Origin: Thermoplasmatota archaeon
GTDB lineage: Archaea > Thermoplasmatota > JAKEGO01
Direction: 5' to 3'
Assembly: GCA_028279595.1 (NCBI GenBank)
Contig: JANQNK010000020.1
Coordinates: forward strand, 256,001 to 320,000
Length of the DNA stretch: 64,000 nt
In this document: in pieces, positions 1 to 9,638 of the stretch
Numbering within the stretch: the first letter of the stretch is position 1
Layout of the letters: every line of letters starts with the position of its first letter
Made by a program: the position numbers and the translations under genes
The notes under the pieces: generated by a model
Seen by the model: only the letters and a program-made list of their open reading frames with translations
Told to the model about the DNA's origin: nothing
Database searches by the model: none

Positions 1-810
1 GAGATCGCACTTCTCGAGGCCGATGTCGCGCTGCCCGTCGTCGAGGCCATCAAGGAGGAGATGAAGCACCGTCTCGTCGACGCCAAATTTTCGAGGAAGG
101 TCGACATCGAGGACTCCATAGAGAAGGCCCTCAAGGGTGCGCTGCTCAAGATCCTCGGAACCAACAGGATGAGCCTCGTGAAGGCCGTGGAGACCGGTGA
201 GAAGCCGTTCGTCATCATGTTCGTCGGCGTCAACGGCACGGGGAAGACCACGACCATCGCTAAAGTGGCCAACCGGCTGCTCAGGCGCGGAAACTCCTGC
301 GTCCTGGCCGCCGGGGACACCTTCCGGGCGGGAGCGATCGAACAGCTGATAATGCACGGGGACAAGCTCGGTATCAAGGTCATTCATCAGAAGGCGAACA
401 GCGACCCCGCTGCGGTCGCCTATGATGCTGTGGAGCACGCCAGGGCCAGACGCAAGGACGTGGTCCTCATCGACACGGCCGGCAGGATGCAGACGAACAT
501 CAACCTGATGGATGAGCTGAAGAAGATCAAGAGGGTGACGAACCCGGACCTCACGATATTCGTGGGAGACGCACTCGCCGGCAACGATGCGGTCGAACAG
601 GCCATCAAGTTCGACGGTGCCGTCGGACTGGACGGAGTAATCCTCTGCAAGGTGGATGCCGACGCCAAGGGTGGTGGGGCTCTGTCGATCACCTATTCGC
701 TTGGAAAACCGGTCCTATACCTGGGTGTCGGACAGGAGTACGACCAGATCGTGCCGTTCCAGCCGAAATGGCTCCTGGAGCGCATGCTCGAGGGCGACGA
801 GGACGAGTGA
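1..810 (+). CDS. ftsY: SRP receptor FtsY (5'-truncated by window edge)
   Basis: Frame open from base 1 (EIALLEADVA...). SRP-GTPase motifs GVNGTGKTTT, DTFRAGA, DTAGR, KVDADAKGG, GVGQEY. Confidence 0.97.
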   Translation, partial: EIALLEADVALPVVEAIKEEMKHRLVDAKFSRKVDIEDSIEKALKGALLKILGTNRMSLVKAVETGEKPFVIMFVGVNGTGKTTTIAKVANRLLRRGNSCVLAAGDTFRAGAIEQLIMHGDKLGIKVIHQKANSDPAAVAYDAVEHARARRKDVVLIDTAGRMQTNINLMDELKKIKRVTNPDLTIFVGDALAGNDAVEQAIKFDGAVGLDGVILCKVDADAKGGGALSITYSLGKPVLYLGVGQEYDQIVPFQPKWLLERMLEGDEDE

Positions 811-903
811 GATTACTATTCACCTGATGCCTGGATAGTAAGAAATTAACATGTTCACCAAAACGTATATGGTGTATGGTGTTCATTTTCGGTCGGTGGT
901 AAT

Positions 904-2277
904 GTGAAATATCATCTGATGGTGCTGCTCGTGTTCGTCATGTTCCTAGGTTCGACCATGACCGCAGCGGCCGATTATCCCAACGATTGGACCCACAGAC
1001 CTGTTTTGGAGCATTTCACGGGACTGTCCTGTCCTCCGTGCATGTCGGGGGCACATCCCGATTCCACACAGCTGTGGCAGGAGGAGGGATACACCGAGGG
1101 CAATCCCTGGAACTACATCGAGTTCCATGAGCTCAACGGAGGCGGCGAGGACGACCTCATGACCGACGAGTCCGAGGACAGGATGCGATACTACCAGCCC
1201 GGTGTGTCCGGCACCCCGTCCCTCGAGGCTGACGGCGGATATGTCCAGCTGGGCGGATCACATGGGTCCACAGCTGACGCGAACTACGCCGACATGAAGG
1301 AGGCGCTCGCGGACTCCGGCAACAGGGACGCCATCAAGAAGGTGAAGTTGGATGTCGTCTCCAAGTTCGACGGCAGCGAGTTCGTCATCAACGTCACTGT
1401 CGAGTACCTCCAGAACGATGAAGCGTTCGATCCGTTCAACCCCCTTGCTCCCGATACGCTCAACGGGCTCCTTCACGTCTTCATGATCGAGGACAACGTC
1501 ACTGCCTGGAGCACGGTCAACGAGGAGTACGTCACCACGCACAACGTATTCAGGGAGTACGGGATGGAGGGCGAGGAGATCACCCTCGAGGTCGGAGAGA
1601 CCTGGAACAAGATGGCAGTCTGGAACGTCCCGACCACGGCGATCCGCGACGGCGAGGAGGAGGAGATCCGAGTCCCGATCAACCCTCTCAATGTCTACCC
1701 GGTCGCTGTTCTCTATGACACCGACGACACGTCCTCCGGCAGAGGGGATGGCAGCGACAACAACGACGGTGGCGATGGTGATGGGACCCCGCGAGCACTC
1801 AACTCCGCCACCCCTATGAGCTCCGCCTACGACGCCGACCAGACCCCGCCGACCATCAGGGATATCACCCTGAAGAAGGAGGGCAAGAAGGTCAACGCAT
1901 CGCTTTACCTGGACGACAGGGACGACATCGCCGGAGCGATCATCCTTTACACTACGAGCCTTGGCGGGGATAACGAATCCGTTCCCACGTGGATGTCCGC
2001 CGAGATAAAGCTCAAGGCTTGCGTCGGCGACGTCTGTGACAAGAAGGAGAGTGGTCTCGGCTACGCGACCCTCGACATCACCCCCGGAACGGAGTTCTAC
2101 TTCTACGTCCTGGCCTACGATGGGGAGTGGACCCAGGCGACGTCGAAGCAGATGAAGGCCTCCGACTACATGAAGGTCAGCAGCGGTGGATCGGACGCGA
2201 CCCCGTTCGACCCGATGCTCCCGATACTGGCGTTCGCAATAGTCGCCATCATGGTCAGCAGGAAGCGCCGGAACTGA
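904..2277 (+). CDS. Secreted Omp28/thioredoxin-like protein with C-terminal archaeosortase-type anchor
   Basis: Signal peptide; EHFTGLSCPPC (CxxC); G-TP motif; HNVFR; C-terminal TPF + hydrophobic helix + RKRRN. Confidence 0.7.
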   Translation: MKYHLMVLLVFVMFLGSTMTAAADYPNDWTHRPVLEHFTGLSCPPCMSGAHPDSTQLWQEEGYTEGNPWNYIEFHELNGGGEDDLMTDESEDRMRYYQPGVSGTPSLEADGGYVQLGGSHGSTADANYADMKEALADSGNRDAIKKVKLDVVSKFDGSEFVINVTVEYLQNDEAFDPFNPLAPDTLNGLLHVFMIEDNVTAWSTVNEEYVTTHNVFREYGMEGEEITLEVGETWNKMAVWNVPTTAIRDGEEEEIRVPINPLNVYPVAVLYDTDDTSSGRGDGSDNNDGGDGDGTPRALNSATPMSSAYDADQTPPTIRDITLKKEGKKVNASLYLDDRDDIAGAIILYTTSLGGDNESVPTWMSAEIKLKACVGDVCDKKESGLGYATLDITPGTEFYFYVLAYDGEWTQATSKQMKASDYMKVSSGGSDATPFDPMLPILAFAIVAIMVSRKRRN

Positions 2278-2343
2278 GTGTGTATTTGACTTGATTCACA
2301 GATCACATAGCCGTGGCTACGTCCAACGATACTGGATAACGGA

Positions 2344-3342
2344 TCACCTGTGACGCTTCCGTTTCTTCGAGCGTCCCTTCTTCCCCCGCTGTCTCGGCTT
2401 GCCAGAACTTGCGGGCACCTTCTTGACCGCAGGCTTCTTCCTGGGTCGGGATGCCCGTTTCACCTTTCCTTTGGACCTCGTCTCCCTGCTGCGCCTGCCA
2501 TCCATGAACAGATAGACGCCTACTGCGGCGAGCACCGCGATGAGACCGATCATCCCCATCGCTGTCGTGGAAAGTCCCTCGGAGCCTGAACCCTTGTCCT
2601 CGGTTCCGTCAATTGGGCCCGCTGCCTCGCTCACCGTCTTCTGGGCGCCCTGATAGATCTCGCCTGTCTGTATGTCCTGGACGAAAGCGACCACCCCGAG
2701 GTTCTCGGGCCAAGGGTCCACCGTGAACGTGAAGGTCTTTGAGAAGGCCTCCCCGTCGAGGACGGAGACGTCCTTGGTCCTCATTCCCCTGGCGACGAAG
2801 CGGAACTCATCCAGTCCGTTCGCTCCATCGTACTCAACGTAGTCCTGGACGAGGACGACCGAGAGCTCGGTGTCGTTGAAGATGTCCTCTTCCGGCGTAC
2901 CGTTCACCCACACCTTCAGGGTCGGGTCGTCGTTGATCACGCCGATCCTCAGTTTGAGCGGGGCGGATACCGACGAACGGCTGCTCAGTGCGCTCCTGTA
3001 ATCGTCGCCGACGTCCTCGTATCCCCCGACTATCTTCTCACCGCCGTCGAACACGACGGTGGGATAGCCGTCAACACCGTAGTTCTGCATCCTTCCCTGC
3101 GTCGAAGAGATGCCCATCGGGTCCCTCTCGCCGCTGTATTCCAGGGGATGGAACGATATTACAGCCATGGATCCCTTGTTCGCCTCGTAGACCTGACCCA
3201 GCTGGGGGTCCGCTATGGCACAGTAGGGACAGTTCTGAGCAGTGTACAGTTCGGCGACGACGAACCTGTTCGCAGCGCTCGCTGCCGGCAGCAGGGTGAT
3301 CATCAGAACGATCGATATCGCGAAGGTCCAGGAAGGTCGCAT
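2344..3342 (-). CDS. Omp28/thioredoxin-like membrane-anchored protein
   Basis: Signal peptide; ELYTAQNCPYC; GYPTVVFDG; VVAFVQD...IYQGA; C-terminal TM helix and Lys/Arg-rich tail. Confidence 0.75.
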   Translation of the reverse strand: MRPSWTFAISIVLMITLLPAASAANRFVVAELYTAQNCPYCAIADPQLGQVYEANKGSMAVISFHPLEYSGERDPMGISSTQGRMQNYGVDGYPTVVFDGGEKIVGGYEDVGDDYRSALSSRSSVSAPLKLRIGVINDDPTLKVWVNGTPEEDIFNDTELSVVLVQDYVEYDGANGLDEFRFVARGMRTKDVSVLDGEAFSKTFTFTVDPWPENLGVVAFVQDIQTGEIYQGAQKTVSEAAGPIDGTEDKGSGSEGLSTTAMGMIGLIAVLAAVGVYLFMDGRRSRETRSKGKVKRASRPRKKPAVKKVPASSGKPRQRGKKGRSKKRKRHR

Positions 3343-3427
3343 GTTCGGAATTCCACCTTTCCGCTTTAATATCTTGTCCCGTAAGGCTCCCCAATCGTTA
3401 AATAAGCGCTATCGGCTCGTGACCACG

Positions 3428-4468
3428 ATGCGGAGGGAATACGCGAAGGGGTCCTTCGAGGACGACCACGTCATCGTGCCGAACGAGACCGACGCCTCCC
3501 GGCTGCGGTCGAGAGGCAGGTTCGGCGAGACCATCGCCGGAGGAGCCCTGAGGCTCGACCTGGTGGAGGCACTCTTCCTCCTGGAGGAGGGACGTCTCAG
3601 ACTCAGGACAAGCCACTCCAAGGTCCTTGACGCCGGTTACCGGCTTCACGACGACTTCGGCGTACGGTTCCTGTCCTACAGCGATTTAAGGAGTCGAGGT
3701 CTCGCCCTGTCGACCGCGAGGTCAGGCACGTCCTTCGACATGTTCCCACGCGGCGGGGAGTTCTCGGACCCGTCCGACACCGGTGTCATAGCGGTCTCTG
3801 AGCGGAGCGTACTGTCGCTCGACGACGTCCTTGCCACCGTCTCCTCGATCACGCCATCGAGGGAGCTCATGTACTCGGTCGTTGACGACGAGGGGGACGT
3901 AACCTACTACCATGCGACATCGCCCGAGCTCAGCGGGGACTGGACACCCGACATTCCCGAGGGCCGTATCCAGATAATGGAGGACCGCGGGATAATCGAG
4001 GGAGAGGCGTCCCACGACCTCTTCGAGAAGGGTTTCTTCGGCCGCCGGATGATGTCGTGGACCGTGCTTTCGCTCATAGAATGTGCATACCTCGGAGAAC
4101 AGGGAATGGATATGTTCAGGAGAGGTCGACGCACTTCCGTCAAGGCCGTGATGAGGCGTGCTGCATGGCTGGACAGAACTGCCGACATCAAGCTCGATGC
4201 TTACACGGAACTTCGCAACAGGGGACTGATCCCGAAGACCGGATTCAAGTTCGGAGGGCACTTCAGGGTCTACGACAGCATGCCCAGAACGAAGAGGGAA
4301 TCTGACCGTACTCACGCCCGATTCCTGCTCCAGGTCGTCCCGAGACACTTCAGGACCACCTGGGAAGAGGTGTCCAGGGCTGTAAGGCTGGCCCATGGCG
4401 TCAGAAAGGAGATGGTATATTTCGCTCCGCCCTCGAGGTTCCTCGGGCTCGCAAGGGTGAGGCCATAA
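3428..4468 (+). CDS. endA: tRNA-intron endonuclease, two-unit (alpha2) type
   Basis: Two tandem endonuclease units (LDLVEALFL; LSLIECAYL). Catalytic unit KTGFKFGGHFRVY..H..RLAHGVRK. Start moved to ATG 3428 because the longer ORF overlaps the divergent gene. Confidence 0.93.
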   Translation: MRREYAKGSFEDDHVIVPNETDASRLRSRGRFGETIAGGALRLDLVEALFLLEEGRLRLRTSHSKVLDAGYRLHDDFGVRFLSYSDLRSRGLALSTARSGTSFDMFPRGGEFSDPSDTGVIAVSERSVLSLDDVLATVSSITPSRELMYSVVDDEGDVTYYHATSPELSGDWTPDIPEGRIQIMEDRGIIEGEASHDLFEKGFFGRRMMSWTVLSLIECAYLGEQGMDMFRRGRRTSVKAVMRRAAWLDRTADIKLDAYTELRNRGLIPKTGFKFGGHFRVYDSMPRTKRESDRTHARFLLQVVPRHFRTTWEEVSRAVRLAHGVRKEMVYFAPPSRFLGLARVRP

Positions 4469-4472
4469 CTGT

Positions 4473-6566
4473 TCATTCCGGCGGCGAGACGGTTACGAGG
4501 TCATAGATACCTTCGACACCGGCAGCGTACCTCGTGTTCGTGTAGAAATGCTTCCTTCGGACCACCTCGACCTCGAAGCCATCGATACCGACGGTCGAAT
4601 TCTCGAAGCTCATTATCGTGGTCCTGTTGTTGAAAGGCGAGATGTCCCTGATGTACGCAGCCGTCCCGTTCTCCCGCCAACCGAAGGAGACGTCGTCGCT
4701 CCACAGCTGCGGCCTGACGTAGACAAGCTGGACGATCCCCACCCGGTTCCCGTCTATCGAGCACCTGAAGCCCAGTTCGTTGTCCATCAGTTCGTGGTCC
4801 AGTTGTCCGCCTTCGTGCTCCCCGGGAGCCAGTGTGCTCGCCGTCGAATACGAGTTCCCGTTCAGGACGACGCTCATCATCCTCGTGAAGGACCCGTTGG
4901 CGACCCTCGACAGGCTCCAGGCGTCCATGAAGTATGTCTGGTTCGTGCCCCGGAACCTAACCTTTGGCTGGATGAACCAGACGTCAGGGTCGACAGGTAC
5001 CGTGAAGTTGCTGCTGATCCAGGTATAGTTCTCATCCACAGGTACGTTCGAGAGCACGGTAATGTTGGCAGCGAGGTCGTCCAGGTCCCTGTAGGTCGGG
5101 ATGGTGATATCAAGGTCCAATGTGCCGGTGCCGTTCACGGACCTGACGTATACCCCGAACTCGTACTCCTTGCCCGGGACCGCTATGGCGGTGTTGTATG
5201 GGACGTTCCCTTCGATGTGCTTTCCCGCGTTCGAGGGACTGGTCGCGATCTCCAGTACCTTTCCCCCCGGGACCTTGATGAAGTCGTCCTCCTCGGCGCT
5301 GTACAGGTTCAGAAGGGCCTCGTCCCCCCTGACGGAATAGAAATATCCCCTTGTCGCCAGATTGGAGTCGAATCCGATCAGGTCGGCATTGTCAAGATGT
5401 TCAGTCACGTCTGAACCGATCAGTTCGATCAGGTAGTCCTCTGCCACCATGTGGTTGTTCCAGGTCCATGTCTGGCCGTCCATGACCTGCTTGGGAATGC
5501 TGTACCATTCCATGCCGGACGATGAAACGGAGTTGTCCATTTCCTCCCTGAGGTAGGGCAGGCCGGTAACCTCGAAATCCTGATAGGTGCCGTTGGCCGA
5601 GTCCCAGAGCTGGATGGCTACCTCCGAGTCCGTGATGGAGAAGATGTAGGACCAGCCGCCCTGGTCGAGCCCGGTGGTGTACCTCCCGTTGGAAGGAACC
5701 AGGACGAACGTGCAATCGTCGTCCCATGTCTCCCCATGGAGGTCGTGGGCGATCGTGTCATAACCCTTCTCCTTGTGACCGTGGATGTACAGGACGATCT
5801 GTGGATTGTCGTCGAAGAGGGAATACCACCAGTCTATATCGTTGTGGACCCCGTAGTCGTTGCCGTTCCAGGAACTGGACCTGTCATGTCCGGCTCCCGT
5901 GGTCTCGGCCGTTGCCTGATGGCTCAGGATCACCGTCGTGTGATCCCCATACCTGTCGACGAGGTACTCTATCCATGTCTCCTGATACTGCGATAGATCG
6001 TAGAGCACATTCGTCTGGGCGGCGCAGATGAACAGGACATTGTTGTACATGAAGGCGTAGTTGTTCTCGTTCATGCCGGAGATGGACCGCCCAAGCCGCT
6101 CCTTGCGCACCGGATCGCCGTCGACCATGTTGTCGTAGTTCGTTATGTCATGGTTCCCGAACGTCCAGAAGTACGGTATCCTCTGGTGGTCAGCGTTGTT
6201 GGCGACTATCTGACGCCAAGTGTAATCGACATCGGTCCATTTGCCGGGCATCCTGCTGTCGCTGATCCAGTCCCCCATGGTCGCGATCACGAAGTCCATC
6301 TCGGGAAGGTCTGGGTGGTCCATCCAGTCCTCGATGGTGTCCGTGTCGTGCGGTGGAACCATTCCGTTGGAGGCTCCGTAATGCTGGTCGGCACTCACTC
6401 CGAAATGGATGACGTCACCCCGAAGGTCGTAGACCGTCGGTGGTTCATCGATCTCTTCCTTCTCGTCATCATCATCACTGTCGAAACAACCCTGAAGGCC
6501 TGTTAGTAGCAGAATTATTGTGAGAAGAACTACGATCGGTCGGTCAATCGGATGTGTCCGCCCCAT
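4473..6566 (-). CDS. Lipoprotein with calcineurin-like metallophosphoesterase domain and C-terminal beta-sandwich (CBM-like) domain
   Basis: Lipobox-like LLLTGLQGC; motifs ADQH, MGDW, FGNHD, LSH, IHGHKE. Start set at MGRTHP. Confidence 0.8.
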   Translation of the reverse strand: MGRTHPIDRPIVVLLTIILLLTGLQGCFDSDDDDEKEEIDEPPTVYDLRGDVIHFGVSADQHYGASNGMVPPHDTDTIEDWMDHPDLPEMDFVIATMGDWISDSRMPGKWTDVDYTWRQIVANNADHQRIPYFWTFGNHDITNYDNMVDGDPVRKERLGRSISGMNENNYAFMYNNVLFICAAQTNVLYDLSQYQETWIEYLVDRYGDHTTVILSHQATAETTGAGHDRSSSWNGNDYGVHNDIDWWYSLFDDNPQIVLYIHGHKEKGYDTIAHDLHGETWDDDCTFVLVPSNGRYTTGLDQGGWSYIFSITDSEVAIQLWDSANGTYQDFEVTGLPYLREEMDNSVSSSGMEWYSIPKQVMDGQTWTWNNHMVAEDYLIELIGSDVTEHLDNADLIGFDSNLATRGYFYSVRGDEALLNLYSAEEDDFIKVPGGKVLEIATSPSNAGKHIEGNVPYNTAIAVPGKEYEFGVYVRSVNGTGTLDLDITIPTYRDLDDLAANITVLSNVPVDENYTWISSNFTVPVDPDVWFIQPKVRFRGTNQTYFMDAWSLSRVANGSFTRMMSVVLNGNSYSTASTLAPGEHEGGQLDHELMDNELGFRCSIDGNRVGIVQLVYVRPQLWSDDVSFGWRENGTAAYIRDISPFNNRTTIMSFENSTVGIDGFEVEVVRRKHFYTNTRYAAGVEGIYDLVTVSPPE

Positions 6567-6987
6567 CCGCGCCCTCCTCCGTCTTCCCTTCGCCGTCATC
6601 CGGACCCGAACTGGGTTTGACACCCTTTAATCCCTTCGGCCGTCTCCTCCGGGGGCGGCGGAAGCCGATGAGGCCGTTCATCTCCATTATCCTCAGAAGA
6701 TAGGCCAGACGCGGATAGAGTGGTTCGATCCTCTCGCCGAACTCGTCGTGCATCGTCTCTCCGATCTCGCGTACGGTCCGCTTCCCATCGATGAGCTTCC
6801 AGGCCGCAGTGGACCTTGCGTCGAGATTGATGGAGACCTCTATGGGGAACCCGAAGGCCTTCGCCGCCTTCTCCTTCCATGGTTTCGAGAACTTGGGTCT
6901 GACGATCCGGACCTTGCCGTCCACGGTCTTCCCCTTCACCCTTCGGTAGGGGACCTTCTCAAGAACGTTCTCTCTCACTTGTTCCAT
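6544..6987 (-). CDS. PqqD-like (RRE/winged-helix) protein
   Basis: INLDARSTAAWKLIDGKRTVREIGETM...RLAYLLRIMEMNGLI is a typical PqqD-family pattern; overlaps both neighbours. Confidence 0.8.
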   Translation of the reverse strand: MEQVRENVLEKVPYRRVKGKTVDGKVRIVRPKFSKPWKEKAAKAFGFPIEVSINLDARSTAAWKLIDGKRTVREIGETMHDEFGERIEPLYPRLAYLLRIMEMNGLIGFRRPRRRRPKGLKGVKPSSGPDDGEGKTEEGADGADTSD

Positions 6988-8963
6988 AGGTCATCCCACA
7001 GCTCCCTGACCGAGGACTTCTCTATCAGGGTCCGGAGCGAAACGTATCCGAGCAATATAACGAAGTATGCGAACATCAGCATGCTGGGCCAGGCGGCCGG
7101 ATCGGTGAATATCGCCATCTCGATCTCCGCCATGACAAGTGCGGCGACGATCACGCCCATGAGGGCCTCGCCCGCGATCAGGCCAGAGCTGAACAGGATG
7201 CCGTTGTGGCCTGTCTGCTCCTTCTCCTCGTCTATCTTCTTCTTGATCTCATCGGGATGCAGATGATATGTACGTTTGATTGTGTGATTTTCAGCCACCT
7301 TCCCTACAGTATGCCTGAGGAGGCCGCCGATGAAGATCGGTACGGAGAGCGTGAACGGGAGGTAGATGCCGATGGCGACGGACATGATCGGTATCCTCAG
7401 AATGATGAGCCCGAAGGCGATTATCATCCCGAGCGCCACCATGTCGTACGGCATGTCTCCCTCGAAGACGCCCTGCGTCACACCTGCGATGAGGCCTGCC
7501 TGCGGCGCCGGAAGCGAGGGGCTGCCGATCTCGTACGCGCTGTGAAGGGCTACCAAGGTCCAGCCGATGACGAGAGCGGCTGCGATGACCCCGATGAACT
7601 CGGCGATCTGAAGGTTCCTGGGGGTCGCACCCAGAAGCTGCCCGGTCTTCAGGTCCTGCATGACGTCCCCTGCGATAGCAGCGGCGCAACACACCAGGGC
7701 AGCGACCAGGACCGTCGATGTCATTCCGGCATCACCCTCGGCGCCGAGGGCGACCAGCAACAGTGCCGCGAACAAGGCTGTCGCGACCGTTACCCCGGAG
7801 ATGGGATTGTTGGAACTTCCCACCAGTCCGGCTATGTATCCAGCTATCGCTGTGAAGAAGAACGCTGCCACTAGCATGACGACGCTCGACACTGACGCTA
7901 TCAACAGGTCCTCCGAGACCCACAGGTAGACGGCGAAGATCGGTATCACGAAGAGGAAGATGAGGGTCCAGGTGAGCTTCATGTTCATATCGAGCTCGGT
8001 CCTGATGACCTCCTTCTCGGTGTCCGTGCCGCCGAAAGCCTGACTGATGCCCTTGGTGATTGCCTGTCGCATGCTGAAGATCGAATATATTCCGCCCACC
8101 ACCATTGCGCCGACGCCGATGTACCTGATCTTCGTCGACCAGAGCACCGTGTAGACCCCGATGTCGTCCCACGGGCCGATCCAACCGGCCGGTTGGTCCG
8201 GCCATCCCTGGGTCATGCCGATCGCCGGAGCCAGGATGAACCATCCGAGGATGCCGCCCATGAAGATGTATGACGCGATCCTGAGGCCCACTATGTACCC
8301 AACGCTCATGAGCGCGGGCGAGAGGTTGGCGCCTCCGTAGAAGCGTCCCTTCCAGATCCGGGCGGTCGCCTGGACCTTCTCCCTGAATATCGAGAGACCG
8401 AACTCGGAGGATGCGAACTTGTAGGCCATCGCCGAGGCAAGGCCGACCATGACGTACTTGACGCCTGGACCACCCTCCTCCCCTGTCTTCAGGACCTCGG
8501 TCGCCGCCACTCCTTCGGGATACGGCAGGTCCAGGTCGACTATGAGGACCCGGCGGAGCGATATCGTGAAGAGGACTCCGAGACAGCCACCGACGAGGGC
8601 GATGATGGTCGTCTTGGTGACGTCGATCTCCGACCAGAGTCCGAGGACGAGCAATGCGGGAATGGTAAAGATGACACCCGCGGCCAGGCTCTCGCCGGCG
8701 GACGCCATGGTCTTCGCGAGGTTCGTCTCGAGGATCGTCGCATTCTCGACTATCCCGTACTTAGTGAGACCCCGGAAGACAGCGAGCGCAATGACAGCTG
8801 CCGGGATCGTCGCGGAGACGGTCATTCCAGCGTAGAGGCCGAGGTAGGCGTTCGCCGCCGCCATGACTATCGAGAGGAAGATACCGAGCATCACAGCCTT
8901 CGCTGTCAGCTCCGGAACCGTGACCTCAGGCGGTATGTATGGGACGAAATCCTTCTCTACCAT
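6975..8963 (-). CDS. OPT family oligopeptide transporter
   Basis: ANAYLGLYAGMTVSATIPAAV, LPYPEGVA, GSSNNPISG, MQDLKTG, LPAPQA, GLIAGEAL; many TM helices. Confidence 0.96.
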   Translation of the reverse strand: MVEKDFVPYIPPEVTVPELTAKAVMLGIFLSIVMAAANAYLGLYAGMTVSATIPAAVIALAVFRGLTKYGIVENATILETNLAKTMASAGESLAAGVIFTIPALLVLGLWSEIDVTKTTIIALVGGCLGVLFTISLRRVLIVDLDLPYPEGVAATEVLKTGEEGGPGVKYVMVGLASAMAYKFASSEFGLSIFREKVQATARIWKGRFYGGANLSPALMSVGYIVGLRIASYIFMGGILGWFILAPAIGMTQGWPDQPAGWIGPWDDIGVYTVLWSTKIRYIGVGAMVVGGIYSIFSMRQAITKGISQAFGGTDTEKEVIRTELDMNMKLTWTLIFLFVIPIFAVYLWVSEDLLIASVSSVVMLVAAFFFTAIAGYIAGLVGSSNNPISGVTVATALFAALLLVALGAEGDAGMTSTVLVAALVCCAAAIAGDVMQDLKTGQLLGATPRNLQIAEFIGVIAAALVIGWTLVALHSAYEIGSPSLPAPQAGLIAGVTQGVFEGDMPYDMVALGMIIAFGLIILRIPIMSVAIGIYLPFTLSVPIFIGGLLRHTVGKVAENHTIKRTYHLHPDEIKKKIDEEKEQTGHNGILFSSGLIAGEALMGVIVAALVMAEIEMAIFTDPAAWPSMLMFAYFVILLGYVSLRTLIEKSSVRELWDDLWNK

Positions 8964-9089
8964 AGTTCTCCGGCTAGGTTATTGCTGTATGGCTCTTAAA
9001 GATGACTGTCAACGACATTATCATCCGTGTAACGACCGAACCATGGACCACCTTGGAACCGGTGATAAGACGGTCACCATTCGAAAACG

Positions 9090-9144
9090 TTATAAAAGAA
9101 GGCGTTATACTTAAGTTGCGTTAAGTCAGTTAATCTTGCTTAAC
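9090..9144 (+). promoter_or_regulatory. feo promoter: TATA box followed by phased TTAA operator-like array
   Basis: TTATAAAA at ~9090; TTAA at 9111, 9121, 9130 and 9140; inverted GTTAAG(9120)..CTTAAC(9144). Confidence 0.5.
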
Positions 9145-9158
9145 TCGGAGGCCCTCGA

Positions 9159-9629
9159 GTGGACGAGACGACCCTCGACAAGATCGAGCCAGGCAATGCT
9201 GCCGTCGTTACACGCGTTGGCAGGCATGGCCATGGAAGGAGGCGCCTCATGGCCATGGGAATGGTCCCGGGTACCGAGATCGAGGTTCTCAGGAAGGCTC
9301 CGCTCGGCGACCCGGTCGAGTACAGGATAAAGGGTTACAGCCTCTCCATGAGGAAGGCTGATGCTGCCGACATCGAGGTCAGGCCGAACGGCGGTGTCAA
9401 TGGATTCTCCAGGCCGATGGCCACCATCCCCGAGGGCGATACCGGGCGAATCGTCGGTCTCCACGCTGGGAAGGGCCTGGCGCGGAAGCTCGAGAGAATG
9501 GGTTTCTCCCTCGGGTCCGAGATCCGGATACTCAGGACCGGAAGGGGAAGGCTGAAGGTCGAACTCGACGGAAGCGAGGTCGCTGTAGGCAAGGGCATGG
9601 CCATGAAGATCATGGTCGAACCCCTCTGA
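9159..9629 (+). CDS. feoA: Ferrous iron transport protein A (tandem FeoA domains)
   Basis: RRRLMAMGMVPGTEIEVLRKAPLGDP and a second copy RKLERMGFSLGSEI; directly upstream of feoB. Confidence 0.95.
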   Translation: MDETTLDKIEPGNAAVVTRVGRHGHGRRRLMAMGMVPGTEIEVLRKAPLGDPVEYRIKGYSLSMRKADAADIEVRPNGGVNGFSRPMATIPEGDTGRIVGLHAGKGLARKLERMGFSLGSEIRILRTGRGRLKVELDGSEVAVGKGMAMKIMVEPL

Positions 9630-9638
9630 GGTGTCATC

